DNA of 64,000 bases from Cyanobacteria bacterium P01_D01_bin.156. Its GTDB lineage: Bacteria > Cyanobacteriota > Cyanobacteriia > Phormidesmidales > Phormidesmidaceae. The translations under genes were made by a program, and so were the position numbers. The notes beneath the pieces were generated by a model. It saw nothing but the letters and a program-made list of their open reading frames with translations. It was not told where the DNA came from and did not search any database. The DNA lies in contig JBCCQQ010000028.1 of assembly GCA_039024555.1 (NCBI GenBank), positions 10,798 to 74,797 of the forward strand, in the 5' to 3' direction. Shown here one piece after another: positions 61,596-64,000 of the stretch (position 1 is the first letter of the stretch; each line of letters opens with the position of its first letter).

Positions 61596-62768
61596 ATGCT
61601 GAATCCTAATCTGGATGACATCCAATTAACTAAAGAGGACTATGAACGCTACTCAAGGCACTTAATTTTGCCAGAAGTGGGCGTTGATGGTCAGAAACGA
61701 CTTAAAGCCGCCAGCGTACTGTGCATCGGTACAGGCGGTCTGGGCTCTCCCTTAATTCTTTACTTAGCAGCAGCAGGTATTGGTCGCATCGGCCTCGTAG
61801 ATTTCGATGTAGTGGACTATTCCAATCTGCAACGTCAGATTATCCACGGCACATCCTGGGTCAACAAACCTAAAATTGAATCTGCCAAGAATCGCATTCT
61901 TGAAATTAATCCCCACTGTCAGGTCGATCTCTACAACACCCGATTGAGTTCTGACAATGCCCTGGAGATTTTTGAGCCCTATGACATTGTTGTAGACGGT
62001 ACCGATAACTTCCCTACTCGCTACTTGGTAAACGACGCCTGCGTTCTACTCAACAAACCTAACGTCTACGGATCTATCTTCCGGTTTGAAGGCCAGGCAA
62101 CTGTCTTTAATTATGAAGATGGTCCCAACTACCGAGACCTATATCCCGAGCCGCCACCGCCGGGGCTAGTTCCCTCCTGTGCAGAAGGCGGAGTTCTCGG
62201 TATTCTGCCCGGTATTATCGGCGTTATCCAGGCTACTGAAACTATCAAAATCATTCTTGGAGAAGGAAACACTCTTAGCGGCCGTCTGTTGCTCTACAAT
62301 TCCTTAGATATGAGCTTCCGAGAACTCAAATTGCGACCTAATCCAGTGCGTCCTGTCATTGAAAAATTGATCGATTATGAACAATTCTGCGGCATTCCTG
62401 ATGCCCAAGCTGCTGAAGCGGAGCAAAAAGCGATGATTTCTGAAATGACTGTTACGGATCTCAAGAACTTGATTGATAGCGGCAGTGATGATTATGTGCT
62501 GCTAGATGTGCGGAATCCAAATGAATACGAGATTGCAAAGATTCCTGGCTCCATACTCATTCCTTTATCTGAGATTGAAAATGGATCGGGTGTGGAAAAG
62601 GTCCGCGAACTCGTGAATGGCCATAAGCTGATCGCCCATTGCAAAATGGGTGGCCGCTCCGCTAAGGCCTTGGCGATTCTAAAGGATGCAGGTATTGAAG
62701 GAACCAATATAACTGGCGGAATTCTTGCCTGGAGTCGTGAAGTAGACTCCTCAGTCCCCCAATATTAG
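61596..62768 (+). CDS. moeB: Molybdopterin-synthase adenylyltransferase MoeB with C-terminal rhodanese domain
   Basis: 'RYSRHLILPEVG', 'GTGGLG', 'SNLQRQ', 'DNFPTRY', rhodanese 'HCKMGGRS'. Confidence 0.95.
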   Translation: MLNPNLDDIQLTKEDYERYSRHLILPEVGVDGQKRLKAASVLCIGTGGLGSPLILYLAAAGIGRIGLVDFDVVDYSNLQRQIIHGTSWVNKPKIESAKNRILEINPHCQVDLYNTRLSSDNALEIFEPYDIVVDGTDNFPTRYLVNDACVLLNKPNVYGSIFRFEGQATVFNYEDGPNYRDLYPEPPPPGLVPSCAEGGVLGILPGIIGVIQATETIKIILGEGNTLSGRLLLYNSLDMSFRELKLRPNPVRPVIEKLIDYEQFCGIPDAQAAEAEQKAMISEMTVTDLKNLIDSGSDDYVLLDVRNPNEYEIAKIPGSILIPLSEIENGSGVEKVRELVNGHKLIAHCKMGGRSAKALAILKDAGIEGTNITGGILAWSREVDSSVPQY

Positions 62769-62853
62769 GCATCTTTCAAAAACTCAAGTGTCCCACTTAA
62801 CAGAGCGGCACTTGAGTTGTTTGCTCCTTAAAAACAATCATTATTTCTCTCCC

Positions 62854-63315
62854 ATGTCCCTCAAAGACCGTATTAGTGACGAAATCAAGGCTGCGATGAA
62901 AGCTCGCGACAAGGTCCGTTTAGAGACCGTACGCAGCATTAAAAAAGTCATCCTTGAGAAGGAAACAGAGGTACGTCCCAAGGGACAGGATGCCCTCACC
63001 CCTGAGCAAGAGATTGAAGTAGTTACACAGCTTGCCAAACAGCGCAAAGATTCCATCGAACAATATACGAATGCAGGGCGCGATGATTTGGCAGAAAAAG
63101 AAGCTCAAGAGCTGGCAATTTTAGAAGAATATCTGCCAGAACAGATGTCCGATGAGGAGATCGAAGCGGTTATTGATGAACTTATTGCTAAAAGCGGTGC
63201 TAGTGGACCTCGCGATATGGGTAAAGTGATGGGGCCTGCCATGAAACAGATGAAAGGAAAGGCAGATGGCTCTAAGGTTCAGTCTCTAGTGAAAGCAAAG
63301 TTAGCAGGTAGTTAA
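62854..63315 (+). CDS. GatB/YqeY domain protein
   Basis: 'MSLKDRISDEIKAAMKARDK', 'KQRKDSIEQY', 'YLPEQMS', 'DMGKVMG'. Confidence 0.92.
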   Translation: MSLKDRISDEIKAAMKARDKVRLETVRSIKKVILEKETEVRPKGQDALTPEQEIEVVTQLAKQRKDSIEQYTNAGRDDLAEKEAQELAILEEYLPEQMSDEEIEAVIDELIAKSGASGPRDMGKVMGPAMKQMKGKADGSKVQSLVKAKLAGS

Positions 63316-63386
63316 TGTTGCCCTCCAGGGGAGCGAGATAGTCGTATTCCTAATACCAATGCTTCTTAAAGAGATACTACATACGA

Positions 63387-63425
63387 AAATGAAGGACTTG
63401 ACTGGTGCAATCAAGCCCTTCATTT
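63387..63425. terminator. Hairpin downstream of yqeY
   Basis: AAATGAAGG-ACTTGA...TCAAG-CCCTTCATTT. Confidence 0.55.
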
Positions 63426-63619
63426 CTGAGTTTCAGGTCTACGATAACTTAATTGTAAAGTGACAAGAGCAAAGCTCATCTGTAGAATTACTGGGAACTG
63501 AGATTGCTGATACAGCTACTCCTCTAGATAAACCTCAGAGGAATTTTCTCGAAGAAGAGTTTTTGCAGGTCTGACTCTGTCATATTCTTTGGTCTAGCTC
63601 GTTAGGCAAGTAAATTTTA

Positions 63620-63796
63620 CTAACGCTTTGACATCAAGCTATAGAATTTGTTGTGTGTCACGTTACACCAGGCGGACTTAAGGCTATTAGCCAGCTGTCG
63701 GATGTAATCAGAACTACCACCACTAACAGTTTCTGCCTGCTGATTAGAAAGAGGCTGCCACAGTTGTTTTTCAGAGGCTTGAGTAAGCTTAGACAT
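63620..63796 (-). CDS. Small peptide with double-glycine-type leader (bacteriocin/RiPP precursor-like)
   Basis: MSKLTQASEKQLWQPLSNQQAETVSGG | SSDYIRQLANSLKSAWCNVTHNKFYSLMSKR; leader matches the LS-x-(E/Q)-x-x-x-x-V-x-GG pattern. Confidence 0.55.
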   Translation of the reverse strand: MSKLTQASEKQLWQPLSNQQAETVSGGSSDYIRQLANSLKSAWCNVTHNKFYSLMSKR

Positions 63797-63802
63797 TGAA
63801 TA

Positions 63803-64000
63803 TATAGCCATCCGTCTTGATTCTTGAGGGTAGATCGGTATGATCTGAGAATCTATATTTATCAGCGCATCGCCTGTCGCTTATCGTTATGAGTTCGGAG
63901 ACTTCATCAGCCCCTAAAACTGCCGCTATCGAAGAGTTGAAAGCATTTATCAAGACGCAACGAGATGGCCGTCAGGTGAAGAAAGCCCTGGCGGTAAAAC
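63803..64000 (+). mobile_element. Left end of a probable IS630-family insertion sequence (truncated by the window edge)
   Basis: TA-flanked end TATAGCCATCCGTCTTGATTCTTGA resembles cyanobacterial IS630 terminal repeats. ORF from ATG 63889, MSSETSSAPKTAAIEELKAFIKTQRDGRQVKKALAVK, resembles IS630 transposase N-termini. Confidence 0.6.

Overview
This 64-kb window looks like chromosomal DNA from a cyanobacterium, probably a filamentous Leptolyngbyaceae-like and possibly marine strain. The evidence is recurrent HIP1 GCGATCGC octamers, a cyanobacterial Pho box, a ThiO-ThiG fusion and cyanobacteria-specific DUF genes. Most of it is housekeeping: pstSCAB, menG/ubiE, thiC, pyrE, cimA, ferredoxins, a cysteine desulfurase, murF, moeB, tRNA-Ile(CAT) and tRNA-Gly(TCC). 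The standout is a ~9.4-kb divergent redox locus (34977-44412). One arm encodes a non-housekeeping System II cytochrome c maturation pair (CcsB/ResB-like and a long CcsA) plus a Tat-exported Rieske lipoprotein. The other arm encodes a tail-anchored tandem di-globin, two exported multiheme c-type cytochromes (5 and 6 heme motifs, one a non-canonical CX4CH), a Tll0287/DUF3365-like monoheme lipoprotein, a membrane protein with two HX13H motifs (putative di-heme cytochrome b) and an HCF164/TxlA-like thioredoxin. This reads as a self-contained extracytoplasmic electron-transfer module, unusual for cyanobacteria and possibly tied to NO/O2/N-oxide or sulfur chemistry; the function is my inference. Other notable items are a vanadium-dependent haloperoxidase with a translationally coupled small membrane protein, a TPP-riboswitch-controlled Na+/solute symporter upstream of thiC, and a long hairpin leader upstream of a ferredoxin. 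There is also an AT-rich block after tRNA-Gly (tandem PepSY-TM protein, orphan PstS-like protein plus histidine kinase) and a double-glycine-leader peptide abutting the left end of an IS630-like element at the window edge. All family assignments come from recognising motifs by eye; no database searches were run.
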